Assembly: GCA_032718475.1 (NCBI GenBank)
Contig: JAUCBJ010001846.1
Span: 496,001 to 560,000, forward strand
Origin: Nemertoderma westbladi
Lineage: Eukaryota; Animalia; Xenacoelomorpha
DNA length: 64,000 nt
Direction of reading: 5' to 3'
Below, piece after piece: positions 29,680-39,364 of this stretch (the stretch's first letter is position 1; each line of letters starts with the position of its first letter). The notes beneath the pieces are model-generated. The model was not told the DNA's origin and searched no databases. It saw only the letters and a list, made by a program, of their open reading frames with translations. The translations under genes and the position numbers were made by a program.

Positions 29680-30019
29680 CCTTAAAACACTCATTGATGC
29701 CAACCATCACAACACCAATATCATTAACATCCCAGAACATGTTGTCACGGGCATACTGCCAGAAAACACCAACACCCAAATTGCAGTACCCACAGGTGCA
29801 AGAGTCGTTGTGTTTGGTGTAAGCGGTGAGTTTTGGTTAAGTGTAGACGCGCGAGAAGCAGCCATTCCAAACAACACAACGCCTGAAAACGGCCATTGTG
29901 TTTATTTGCCAAATGCCCGCATGCTTGATGATAGACACTTAAGTACTGACAATCAAACCAAGTATTTAAACATCATCGCACCCAGTGATACCTCATATTC
30001 AATTGCTTTTTACAAATAA
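29672..30019 (+). CDS. Hypothetical phage protein (beta-rich)
   Basis: GGAGG RBS, coupled to the upstream gene, 115 aa. Confidence 0.6.
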   Translation: MNNLKTLIDANHHNTNIINIPEHVVTGILPENTNTQIAVPTGARVVVFGVSGEFWLSVDAREAAIPNNTTPENGHCVYLPNARMLDDRHLSTDNQTKYLNIIAPSDTSYSIAFYK

Positions 30020-30077
30020 ACATGACTCCGAGTAATGGAAGCATTCGTCTTTTTGGCTGGATTAAGTGGGTAGCAAG

Positions 30078-30305
30078 ATGAACTTTAAATCTAGACAACA
30101 ACGCCGATTTTATGAGCGACGCGCCAAAAAACAAGGGTTAACGGTTGCAGAATATATGAAGGCAGAAGCCGCCAAACCAGCAATAATACATGCAAATAAA
30201 GTGCGTGGTTGTCCCACACAATATAGAACACCACATTTAGGTTGTGAAGGCGCTATGGCTTTGATGGTGTGCCTAGCCCAACGCAAACAAAGCGGGCCAT
30301 CATGA
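30078..30305 (+). CDS. Hypothetical small basic protein
   Basis: MNFKSRQQRRFYERRAKK; ATGA overlap with the next gene. Confidence 0.45.
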   Translation: MNFKSRQQRRFYERRAKKQGLTVAEYMKAEAAKPAIIHANKVRGCPTQYRTPHLGCEGAMALMVCLAQRKQSGPS

Positions 30306-32421
30306 GCATCACAAACTATCTAATCAATGACCTCGCAGCCACCCACCTATTTTTACTTGACTCAGACGGTCGAGATGGTGGCAGTGGCCAATCAACCACC
30401 CTAACCAAACACAGCGCACAAACCTACGCCGCACAACCTGTTTGTGAAGGTGTCTCAACATCACTTCAATCAACCAACACCAACAGCCAACATGCCAACA
30501 TGCCACCATTACCAACACCACCGATATTAACGATGGGGCTGATCTTTACCGATCACGCAGCATTATTATCTGGACGCGCCTGCCAGCTTTTAATAACCCC
30601 ACCTGCATATTTGAACAAGGGGGTGGCACTAATAACTTTGCCATTTGCGCAGGCCTAGGTGGGGTGTTTACCTGCCAAGCCGCAGACGCTGGTGAGCCTT
30701 TTTTGATAGTGGGCAGCCGTAACACCATACAACCCAACCGCAACTACTTTTTAACCCATATCTGGGAACACCACAGCCAGCATACAGGTGTCGGCAACCG
30801 CATTAAAATTTATGTCAACGGCATTTTACACAACACGCTGACACTTACAGGAACCGCTGCATTTCCCAACCACACAGGCGATATTGCCATCGGCAATACT
30901 AACGAATCTTTGCAGAGCTACAACGAATCCACACAATCTTATGCAGGCGTTCAAAAATGGTGTAATTTGCTTGGGTTTTTCAACGACCAAGCATTAACTG
31001 AAAGCCAAGCACGCAACATCTTTGAACGCACCGTGATCCCTGAGGTTGATATTCAAGGGACGATCACTGAGCAACAAGCACAACTTGATGCTTTAAGTGA
31101 CAACACGTATCGAGACGTTAATTGTGCAATACGTATTCGCCATGCCACCGATTCTGTAAGTGATTATCGATTAATACTGGACAACATCACCTTTATTCAA
31201 AATGCTGACTTAGGTGATATTGCGATTCAGTATGTGGGTGAACATACCTTAACCATTGAAAACGCCAATGGCTCAAATTCTGAAATTGTCAGCACGCCTG
31301 TTGAGGTGGATTTGGGTGGTGGTAATGTGCTGGTGGGTGGTGGAAGCGTTAACATGACCAATAATGTACTCAGGCTAAACACACCTCAAACCCTACAAGG
31401 TGGCAGCTACAGCAAAATTATTGCAGAAACAGAAGGTGATTATACTCTTGAGAATGTGACTGTTGAGGTTTTTGAAAACAACACCCAAGGCACCATTAAT
31501 TTGATTTCAAACTTGGTGATTGAAAATGTGATTAATACCCAAGGGGGTGTGACGCGTTTTTTAGATAGTTCTCTTAGCGTGAATGTGCCTGAAGGCTTTC
31601 GGTAATCGATTAATATTTACACAAATTTAGCAGATGCGACCAACCAAGAAAATGAAATAGGAAGCATTGCATCTAATATTGATTCTACCTTTTTATATGC
31701 CTCAAGTGATTATGCAGGGTTAGAGGTTTGGTTTAGGCTTGAGAATGGCTTAGGCGGTGTTCTGATCGATAACAAAACCATGCCACAAACACCAGGTGAA
31801 CATGAGCTTGATGTGATCAGCTCCCCGACTGATGTGGCACTTTCTCAGATTAAAAATATTGTGACGAATACGCAAGCAACGGTTGATCGTATACCCACCG
31901 CACAAATCACACAATCTGATTTTAATGCATTAATGCAGGGTACGACTGAGACTGTCAAAGACGCTTACAAAACCAGTATGGACGAAGGAAGCGGGCTGAC
32001 ACAAGACGACAGAAACAAACTGCATTCACTGACCAATTACGATGACGCCAACATTCACCAAAAACTGGACGCCATCCAATCTAAAACAGATCAGCTGAGC
32101 TTTACAGATGGCCTAGTGCAATCTGTTGCGCAAACCGTTTTAGATAAACAAGGCTACCAACTCACACAAACCGCCATGCAAGATATTGCATCAAGTGTAG
32201 AGCTTGCATTAGTGGATGAAACAGACGGTGTGGCACTGATCCAACGGCTGGTGGATGCGATTGGAAATGAAGATATTACCGCTTCTGTGATTGCGCAAGC
32301 GGTTTGGGAGTATGAGCAAAGAGTGCTTACTACGACATCTGGTTTGACGGATGAGGAGCGGGCAATGCTTGAAGATATTAAAAATAAAGGCGGCGGCGGG
32401 AGTCGATATGGTGGTTTTTAA
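30302..32421 (+). pseudogene. About 700-aa LamG/concanavalin-like phage protein broken by two lesions
   Basis: An 8-bp duplication (GCCAACAT, 30486-30501) and one in-frame TAA (31603-31605) join three ORF-track pieces. LamG-like IKIYVNG...IAIG...ALTESQ. Confidence 0.72.
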
Positions 32422-32457
32422 TAACATACCTTAAGTGGTTAAGGGAGTAGCTAAAAA

Positions 32458-32540
32458 TTGCAACAGTGTTGCACTCAGTGCAACTTATGATTCATGCATT
32501 TATCATGCGGCTAGGTGTTAATTTATCATGCGTGCGTACA
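32458..32540. repeat. Transposable-phage-type right terminus, copy 1
   Basis: 83 bp ending in CGTACA. Two ATTTATCATGCG boxes (32498, 32521). About 83% identical to 37846-37928. Confidence 0.8.
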
Positions 32541-32825
32541 GTGGATCCCAAAGAGGCTGATACAGGGGAAGATATACGTGGGTTTTGGGGCAATACCTTT
32601 ACAGGTGAGAATATCGACTCTAAATTATGGCTGCTTAAACGCTCAAAACTGACCCAAACCACCCTCAACCTTGCACGCTAGTACGTCCTAGACTCCCTTA
32701 ATTGGTTGATTAAAAATCACCTGATCCAGTCCATTGATGTCACCGCCACGGCCATCGCAGGTCATATCTTAGGCCTTATCATCTGTGTTGATCAAAATAC
32801 TTTTAGCTTTGAGGTGCGTTTATGA
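32541..32825 (+). pseudogene. 5'-truncated gp46 paralogue with a nonsense codon
   Basis: Begins mid-gene (VDPKEADTGEDIRGFWGNTFTG). TAG at 32679-32681 where copy 1 has CAA. Confidence 0.88.
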
Positions 32826-33883
32826 CTGCCTTTGCTCGCCCATCGATTGAGGATTTGATCAGCCGAAATATTGCCCAGATTCAAACCCGTTTGTCTGAAG
32901 CTGATGTTACCACCGCTCAAAGCAATCTCAACGTGTTGTCTCATGTTCTGGCAGGAGGCTTTCATGGACTGCTTGGTGCTTTGGATGTATTGTCTAAAAA
33001 CTTAATGTTAGATACCTGTGACAAGGCGTATGTGCTTCGGTTCGCCAACTTTTATGGCATTGAGCGCTTAGCTGCTAGAAAATCACAGGGACAAGCCACA
33101 TTTACAGGTGACGTGGGTGCTTTGATTCCTCAAAAAACACAAATCAAAACAGGCAATTTAATCTTTCAAACCACACAAGATGCAAGCATTGAAAGCTCAG
33201 GTTCTGTCTCAGTCAACATTGAATCTGTTGAATCAGGTCAAGCCCAAAACATTACCGCGACCACCATGCATCTGGCGAACCCTTTAGCCTCAATCCATTC
33301 AGAAGTCACCACCACCCCAACCACAGGCGGTGTTGATATTGAATCTGTTGAAGCACTACATACACGTGTGCTTTTGCAACTTCAAACGCCTCCTCGAGGC
33401 GGCACCACATCTGATTATATATTTTGGGCGAAATCAGCCAATGCCTCAGTCACACGCGTTTGGGTATACCCAAATGAGCTGGGTGCAGGCACCATTACTA
33501 TCCGATTAGTCACTGATCATGCTGACACCTTAATTGCCAATCAAGATTTGCTTGATGAGGTAAAAACCTATATTGAAAAAAAACGCCCCATAGGTTCAGC
33601 CGAGCTGTTTGTGACCACACCTACCCTTAAAGCAATTGATTTTGACATTAAACTGAAAGTAGCCGATACCCAAATCATTCGAGATGAAATCACCCAAAAC
33701 CTCTCTGATCTTTTAAGCCTCAAACAAACGCCAGGCATAACTGTACTTCACAACCACATCATTGAGGCGATTGCGATGAGCGAAGGTGAAGTTAACCACA
33801 TTTTGCATAACTCCACAGCTGATATCACCACTCAAACGGGTGGGCTGCCTATCTTAGGAACAATCACATGGAGAACCTCATGA
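32822..33883 (+). CDS. Baseplate J / gp47 paralogue (intact frame)
   Basis: Colinear with 26728-27792 over its whole length. Confidence 0.9.
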   Translation: MTAFARPSIEDLISRNIAQIQTRLSEADVTTAQSNLNVLSHVLAGGFHGLLGALDVLSKNLMLDTCDKAYVLRFANFYGIERLAARKSQGQATFTGDVGALIPQKTQIKTGNLIFQTTQDASIESSGSVSVNIESVESGQAQNITATTMHLANPLASIHSEVTTTPTTGGVDIESVEALHTRVLLQLQTPPRGGTTSDYIFWAKSANASVTRVWVYPNELGAGTITIRLVTDHADTLIANQDLLDEVKTYIEKKRPIGSAELFVTTPTLKAIDFDIKLKVADTQIIRDEITQNLSDLLSLKQTPGITVLHNHIIEAIAMSEGEVNHILHNSTADITTQTGGLPILGTITWRTS

Positions 33884-34404
33884 GATTAACCTAAGATGAT
33901 TACACCCAAGCACTTTTACAGCTTTTACCCCAAGGTGCTGCCTGGCAAGGGGAGACCTTACAAAAACTCATTGATGCTTGGTCGGCAGAGTTTGAACGTT
34001 TTGATGCGCGCATGAATGATTTACTAGATGAAGCCAATCCAAGGAATGCTAATGAACTATTAAGCGATTATGAGCGCATGCTGGGTTTGCCTAATCCCTG
34101 CATGGCTGCACTTTTGCTTTCCAAAGAAGATCGAGTTGGAGCTGTGGTGGCTTTACTTCAAAGAACAGCACCCATCACTCAAGCTGATCTTGTGCGTCTG
34201 GCTTCAGACTTAGGTATTCAAATCACCATCAAAGACATTAATCCCGCCTACTTTGGACAGGCTCGCTTTGGTGTCACACGTTTGTACAACAAACTCGTGC
34301 GTTGGTTTTTATTCATTGAATCTGATCAAGATTTAAGCCTGCTTAAATGCTTGTTTTCAAATTTAATTTTAGCTGGAAAAACAGCCATCTTTAGGAGAGT
34401 GTAA
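33880..34404 (+). pseudogene. gp48 paralogue with TAA at codon 5
   Basis: ATG AGA TTA ACC TAA, then in-frame DDYTQALLQLLPQGAAWQGE. Confidence 0.85.
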
Positions 34405-35085
34405 TGGATTATCCCAAATCTAAAGCCAGCTCACTTGATCTAAACGTTGATAAAAAATTCAGCGATGGGGATATTCAGGCAGGTATGCCTGCAAGCATCA
34501 TCCCTGCCAGTTGGGCGAACGCCTTAACGGATGAATTTTTGGCCGTAATCATGGATGCAGGTCTAACACCTGATGAACATCAAACCGATCAGCTTAAAGT
34601 AGCGGTTCAAACGCTTTTGGAAAAACCCAAAAAAGAAATTGAAAACGTGATCACAAATGCAGGATTGACTTTAAATAACACCGTTTACACACAACTTCTA
34701 TCGGCTATCAACCTACTTACCAACACCCGCCGTCTTATATTCAGCTCCCAAACAGGGGCAACCGCCGGCACATTGTCCGAAAGTACCGATAATTTTGACA
34801 CCATCCACTATTTAAATAATAGCAGACTTCATAGCTTAGGAAACGCTACACAAATTACTACATCATTTACAGACACCACCTACAGTTACAACCAAAGCTA
34901 TCAATATGTGACACAAACAACCTTCGTAATTTCAAGCACAACTTTTAATTTAGATTCAACAAGATGGACATACAAAGATACAAATTTTATGGGTGAGGGT
35001 CTATCAGTGGGAAACTATCTCATATGGTACTGTTGCTGTCCCCTCTGGATACAGGATCACTCAAATCTTGGGCGAGACGTACTAA
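34404..35085 (+). pseudogene. Second tail fibre gene, apparently frameshifted and read through into the next gene
   Basis: First ~65 aa are homologous to fibre 1 and the C-terminal part differs. The ORF runs without a stop into MHQFIF at 35086. Confidence 0.6.
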
Positions 35086-35565
35086 TGCATCAATTTATCT
35101 TCAACAAAAACAACCAACTCATTGATCTTCGAACAGATAAAGACATTGGCAGCCCACCCGCTGATTCAATTGTAATCGACGTTAAACAACCCACACCCGA
35201 ACAACTTAAAAACCCACACAACTACCAACCCAACACAAAAAGAACAGCCCTAGTAAAACAACCCATCCCTAAACCCAAAGCATTAAGTGAGCTGGAAATC
35301 AAACAAAAAAAGCAGCAGCTCAAACAACAGCTCACCAACGTATTAACCCAGTGGCAAAACCAAATAGCGATAGAACATGACTACCGATCCATTGAGCAGG
35401 GCGATCTTAAACAGTGATGCTTTTAAACAATGGGATAGTGCGGTTCTAGACAAAGCCATTGCGCTTAAAAACCAAGTGGCAGAAGGTGAAATAATACTTA
35501 AGCAAATGACACCCGAATATTTTATTAGTCAGATGCCCAAGTTGGAGGATTTTCTAGCATCATGA
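35086..35565 (+). pseudogene. Fibre assembly paralogue, frameshifted near 35400
   Basis: HDYRSIEQ / AILNSDAFKQWD..TPEYFISQMPKLEDFL matches the C-terminus of 29038-29679 across a frameshift. Confidence 0.72.
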
Positions 35566-35942
35566 TCTTCGAATTCCTCAAAACCGCCATCACCCCGATT
35601 GCCGAACTCATTGAAAACCTGCACACATCTGATGAAGAACGAATCAAACTTAAAAATGAACTGGCCAGAATTGAAGCTCAAGTGGGTACCAAGCTGATGG
35701 ACTACCACACACAAATATTAGACTCCCAAACCAAAATAATTACAGCCGAAGCACAAGGCGGCTGGCTTAAAAGCAACTGGCGACCGATTACAATGCTCAC
35801 TTTTCTCACCTTAGTTGTGGGCGATAGTTTCGACTGGCTTGCAAGCCCTTTAGCCCCTGAGGCTTGGGAGTTGCTCAAGATTGGTTTGGGGGGGGTATGT
35901 GATTGGAAGAAGTGGAGAGAAGATGATGCCCAAACTCATTGA
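35562..35942 (+). CDS. 3TM holin-like protein (GTA_holin_3TM-like); the G8 run near 35887 may be frameshifted
   Basis: TSDEER..LK, AEAQGGWLKSNWRP, WELLKIGLGG. The expected GGYVIGRSGEK ending lies in another frame. Confidence 0.72.
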   Translation: MIFEFLKTAITPIAELIENLHTSDEERIKLKNELARIEAQVGTKLMDYHTQILDSQTKIITAEAQGGWLKSNWRPITMLTFLTLVVGDSFDWLASPLAPEAWELLKIGLGGVCDWKKWREDDAQTH

Positions 35943-35966
35943 GCAGTTTAACAACAGGAGACCTTC

Positions 35967-36341
35967 ATGAACACCCTGCCTTTTCAATTGCTTAAACCTC
36001 AAAAATGGTACAAACGTGCTTGGATTAAAACTACTCAAGACATAACATTTCATCTTGATAAGCTGTACACCGTTCCCAGAGGTTTCAAATTTGATGGCGC
36101 CTCCGTTCCACGTATTTTTAGATGGCTCTTTAGCCCCTATGGTGGCTGGATGAAAGCCGCTTGTGTGCATGATTGGTGTTATCAAACACACAAAGTCAGT
36201 AAACACTTTGCAGATCAATGGTTTCGGAACAAGATTATAGAGATCGGCTGTCCAAAAATCATCGCCTGGAATATTTGGTTAGGTTTACAACTTGTTGGTT
36301 GGCTGTATTGGTTTAAAAGAAATCACGTTAAGGATATTTAG
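35967..36341 (+). CDS. DUF1353-family phage protein
   Basis: TVPRGFKFDGASVPR..W..SP.G....AACVHDWCY..ADQWF. Confidence 0.85.
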   Translation: MNTLPFQLLKPQKWYKRAWIKTTQDITFHLDKLYTVPRGFKFDGASVPRIFRWLFSPYGGWMKAACVHDWCYQTHKVSKHFADQWFRNKIIEIGCPKIIAWNIWLGLQLVGWLYWFKRNHVKDI

Positions 36342-36344
36342 ATT

Positions 36345-37400
36345 ATGACCTTACAGACCACATCATCACCAGTGAAGACCTCACCTTTGACAAAATCAAA
36401 GCACAAATAAACGGATTAAGCGACAGCAATAATAAATGCACATCTAAAACATTTGCTCTAAACAAAAAGTTGGTATTAGATGGTAACCAATCCCTAAACC
36501 TCGGTAACAACATCACCTACCAATTCACTGACACCAACCGATTCTTAAACATCAGTTCTAACTTTACCTCTGTTGTTTCAGGCAAAGTGATTGAGGATAA
36601 ACGTGTTGGGGTGATTCACCTCACACACTTTAACAACACCACAGCACAACAAGTTATTATTAACAACAGTGTTGAAACGCACCGGGTGCTTGTGGTGAGC
36701 CAAAATAACTCTAACTACCCAAGAATGCTAATTAACAACGCCCATGCTGATTCAACACTTAAAATGACCATGACCTCCATTGATGCCACTACACCTCATG
36801 TTTATTTTAAAGGCGGATGGGTCGGTAAAAATGAGGTCATTGTGGAGAACTGTTCTTACACGCCAGTCAATGACAATTGGTTTAATATTGTTGAGGTAAA
36901 CGCAGATCAACCCTTTAAAACCCTGCCAGAAGTGGCTTACCCATCAGCAGGCTACAAGTACGCCGGCAAATGCGCACAATTTGGTAATGCTAATGCCAAT
37001 ACAAGTCTGGATGGATTAGTGTCAGATATTGGCATTGGAACGTCTAATTATGTTTATCACCCTGCGTTTTCTAACCGCAAGATTAGTTTTAGATATGATT
37101 TTAAATTTGATTTTACAGGCGAATATTTAAATGGTGCTAAATTAGGATTCTTTTCAGGTAGCACAAAATATAAAGAGCAAGATTTAACTTTAAATACTTT
37201 TACAATTAACAATGTTGTGCTGCTTAAAGGCGACACAAGAGGTGGTTCAGGTGGCTTATAGCCACCTGATGCATGAAGAAATTCAACCGAAAAACAGGAA
37301 TCAAACCAAACTCTCTGATTATTGATCTCAAATGAGGTTTCTTCGTGAAGACTGGAGTAACACACATTCTGAAAACTACAAAAAGATACTAAAAACACCC
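36345..37400 (+). pseudogene. Fragmented beta-rich, Asn/Thr-rich phage protein
   Basis: 263-aa core ORF (36470-37261) with broken coding-like flanks on both sides. Confidence 0.45.
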
Positions 37401-37596
37401 CAACGTCAAACACACCAAAAAATCACGGCGATTTATCTATGAAAGAAAATGACATTGATTTTGGAAAAAATGTTTCAAAACAAGTGTAAAACACACATAA
37501 AATGTGCTTAAAACCATACATTTTCTCCACCAAAAGAAACATTTTTGAAACAAAAACGAACATTCAATACCTTTTTAAAGGGTATTTAATAGATAA

Positions 37597-37621
37597 TTAA
37601 TAACCATTTAATGGTTATTAA
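37597..37621. repeat. Perfect palindrome with 12-bp arms
   Basis: TTAATAACCATT-T-AATGGTTATTAA. Confidence 0.75.
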
Positions 37622-37710
37622 CTCTGCACGAGATGAAAATAACTTCATCCAACTAGATATCATAAAGTCGCCCCTCAACCGATCTATCTCAATTCTTTAA
37701 GATAGATCAT

Positions 37711-37803
37711 ATGAATACACTACTCCCTCAAAACTCAACACCCTTAGAAACCACCATTGATCAAACGATTGAACAATGGTTAGCTAACCTACCCATCATT
37801 TAA
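37711..37803 (+). pseudogene. N-terminal fragment of a P2 gpI-like tail protein
   Basis: MNTLLPQNSTPLETTIDQ resembles the LLP.N.SPLE start of Tail_P2_I proteins. Confidence 0.5.
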
Positions 37804-37845
37804 CGGAAAAAATCCAAAACAAACTACAGAACTTAAACTAAAAGC

Positions 37846-37928
37846 TTGCAACAGTGTTGCACTGGGTGCAACTTGTGGTTCATGTATTTATCGTGCGGTT
37901 GGTAGGTGATTTATCTTGCGGGCGTACA
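37846..37928. repeat. Transposable-phage-type right terminus, copy 2
   Basis: 83 bp ending in CGTACA. Boxes ATTTATCGTGCG (37886) and ATTTATCTTGCG (37909). Confidence 0.8.
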
Positions 37929-38757
37929 CCTTTTTAAGGCATCGTCAGTTGCTAACAGCTTTATGTGTTGTTGGCTGTTGATTTTGATTGGGCTTTTAGT
38001 AGACTCAAATTTATATGATGTCTTTATTGTTATAATTTTTGTTCTTATTTATTTTTTTCTGCACTATTCTGTGAAAGAAAGGGAACACTTAGAAGATTCT
38101 CGTGAAATAACTGGATTAGTGTTATCCAAATATCGTAAAAAAATAGATGAAGAAAGAAAAAACATATCGCGCATGCTGCACGATGCCATCAATCAAAAAT
38201 TAATTGTGACCAGACTCCTGCTACAAAAACTTAAAGAAAACCCAGCAAAAAGCCAGATTGGTGTTATGAATGATTTATTAAAAATTAATAATGAGATTTA
38301 TATTGAATCCAGAAACATCATAAGCGCAGTTAGGGTTGAGACTTTAGAAAGCCTAGGATTGATTGAAGCCATTTATGAATTAATTGATACTTATAAAAAG
38401 CTGGACATAACTATTGATTTCAATTTCCAACATTCTGGGCTGAAAAAATTCACATCAAAAATATCAACCAACGTTTATTGCATTGTAAGTGAGGCTTTGC
38501 TTAATGTTATTAAGCATGCTGGCGCAAATAGCGTGCTGATTGAGTTTAGTCAAATCAAAAAAAAGGAGTATTTACTAAAAATACAAGATAATGGCGTGGG
38601 GTGCTCAAAAATGATGTATGGGATAGGCTTAACTGACATTGAACAAAGAACCCAGGATATCGGCGGAAAAATTAAGATCATATCTTTAGCCAATAAAGGT
38701 GTTAGTCTCATTTTACATTTCTCTGCTGAAGGAAATAACATGATGCTGAATGCCTAA
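37929..38757 (+). pseudogene. NarX/UhpB-type sensor histidine kinase, 5'-truncated at the phage terminus
   Basis: EERKNISRMLHDAINQ, EALLNVIKHA, IQDNGVG, GIGL. The only upstream GTG start lies inside the terminal repeat. Confidence 0.75.
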
Positions 38758-39364
38758 TTTAGTAAAGTCAGTCACTCTTTTTAAGCCAAGTTTTTCTTTT
38801 ATTTCATGAATTACTTTGTTGACTGTTTTCATGGACAATTTTTGTGTATTTGAAATTTCTTGTTGAGTTTTTCCATTAGCAACCAATATAAATATTACTA
38901 ACTCTCTTTTACTTAAACTTTCGGTTGGGTTAGGGGTTTGTATAGAAGAAAGCGCCATTTTTTGGGCTACTTTAAGTGGAAAATACTTCTCACCTTTTTG
39001 AGCTGCTCGAATGCCACTTGCAAGCTCCTCTAAACTATCATTCTTTCTGATAAAAGCATACGCACCGATTTGATAGCTTTTTTTGATGATGTATGCTTGA
39101 TCAAATTGGCTTAACATGACAATTTTAGCTGAAGGTGCTTTGAGCAAAATAGCCTCACAGGCTTGTAGCCCGCTCTCACTTTGATGATCAAAACGAATAT
39201 CTAAAACCAACACATCTGGCTGCGTTTTTAGATACGCTTTGTATAAATTTTTTGTACTCGTTAATGTTTTTATCACACTGATGCCATGTGTTTTTTAAGG
39301 CTTCTTGAAAACCTTTGAGTAAAAGCTCATGGTCATCTACCAACATCACGTTAATATTTCTCAT
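38713..39364 (-). pseudogene. NarL/LuxR-family response regulator, frameshifted near 39290
   Basis: MRNINVMLVDDHELL is in one frame; PDVLVLDI..LSKRE..G.T..EIS is in another. Confidence 0.85.

Larger units (their letters stand above)
15789..32540 (+). mobile_element. Mu-like prophage-derived element 1 (late structural operon plus right terminus; early, portal and terminase genes absent here)
   Basis: Gene order follows Mu I-T-gp35-J-K-gp38-L-M-gp41-TMP-N-P-gp45-46-47-48-S. Ends in a terminal repeat with ...CGTACA. Confidence 0.9.
32541..37928 (+). mobile_element. Remnant of a second related Mu-like element (gp46 3' part to right terminus)
   Basis: Paralogous gp46/47/48/fibre genes, holin, DUF1353 and a second terminus. 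Confidence 0.82.

Noticed and set aside
15831-30019. T6SS or Afp/PVC-type eCIS interpretation
   Set aside because: Gene order and motifs are Mu-like and include a capsid and protease. No membrane complex, AAA ATPase or Afp-type genes are visible.
32466-32681. 71-aa ORF as a real gene
   Set aside because: It is a chimera of terminal-repeat DNA and the truncated gp46 paralogue.
28316-35565. Invertible G-segment or DGR acting on the fibre genes
   Set aside because: Both fibre genes are in direct orientation. No invertase, reverse transcriptase or adenine-specific TR/VR pair was seen.
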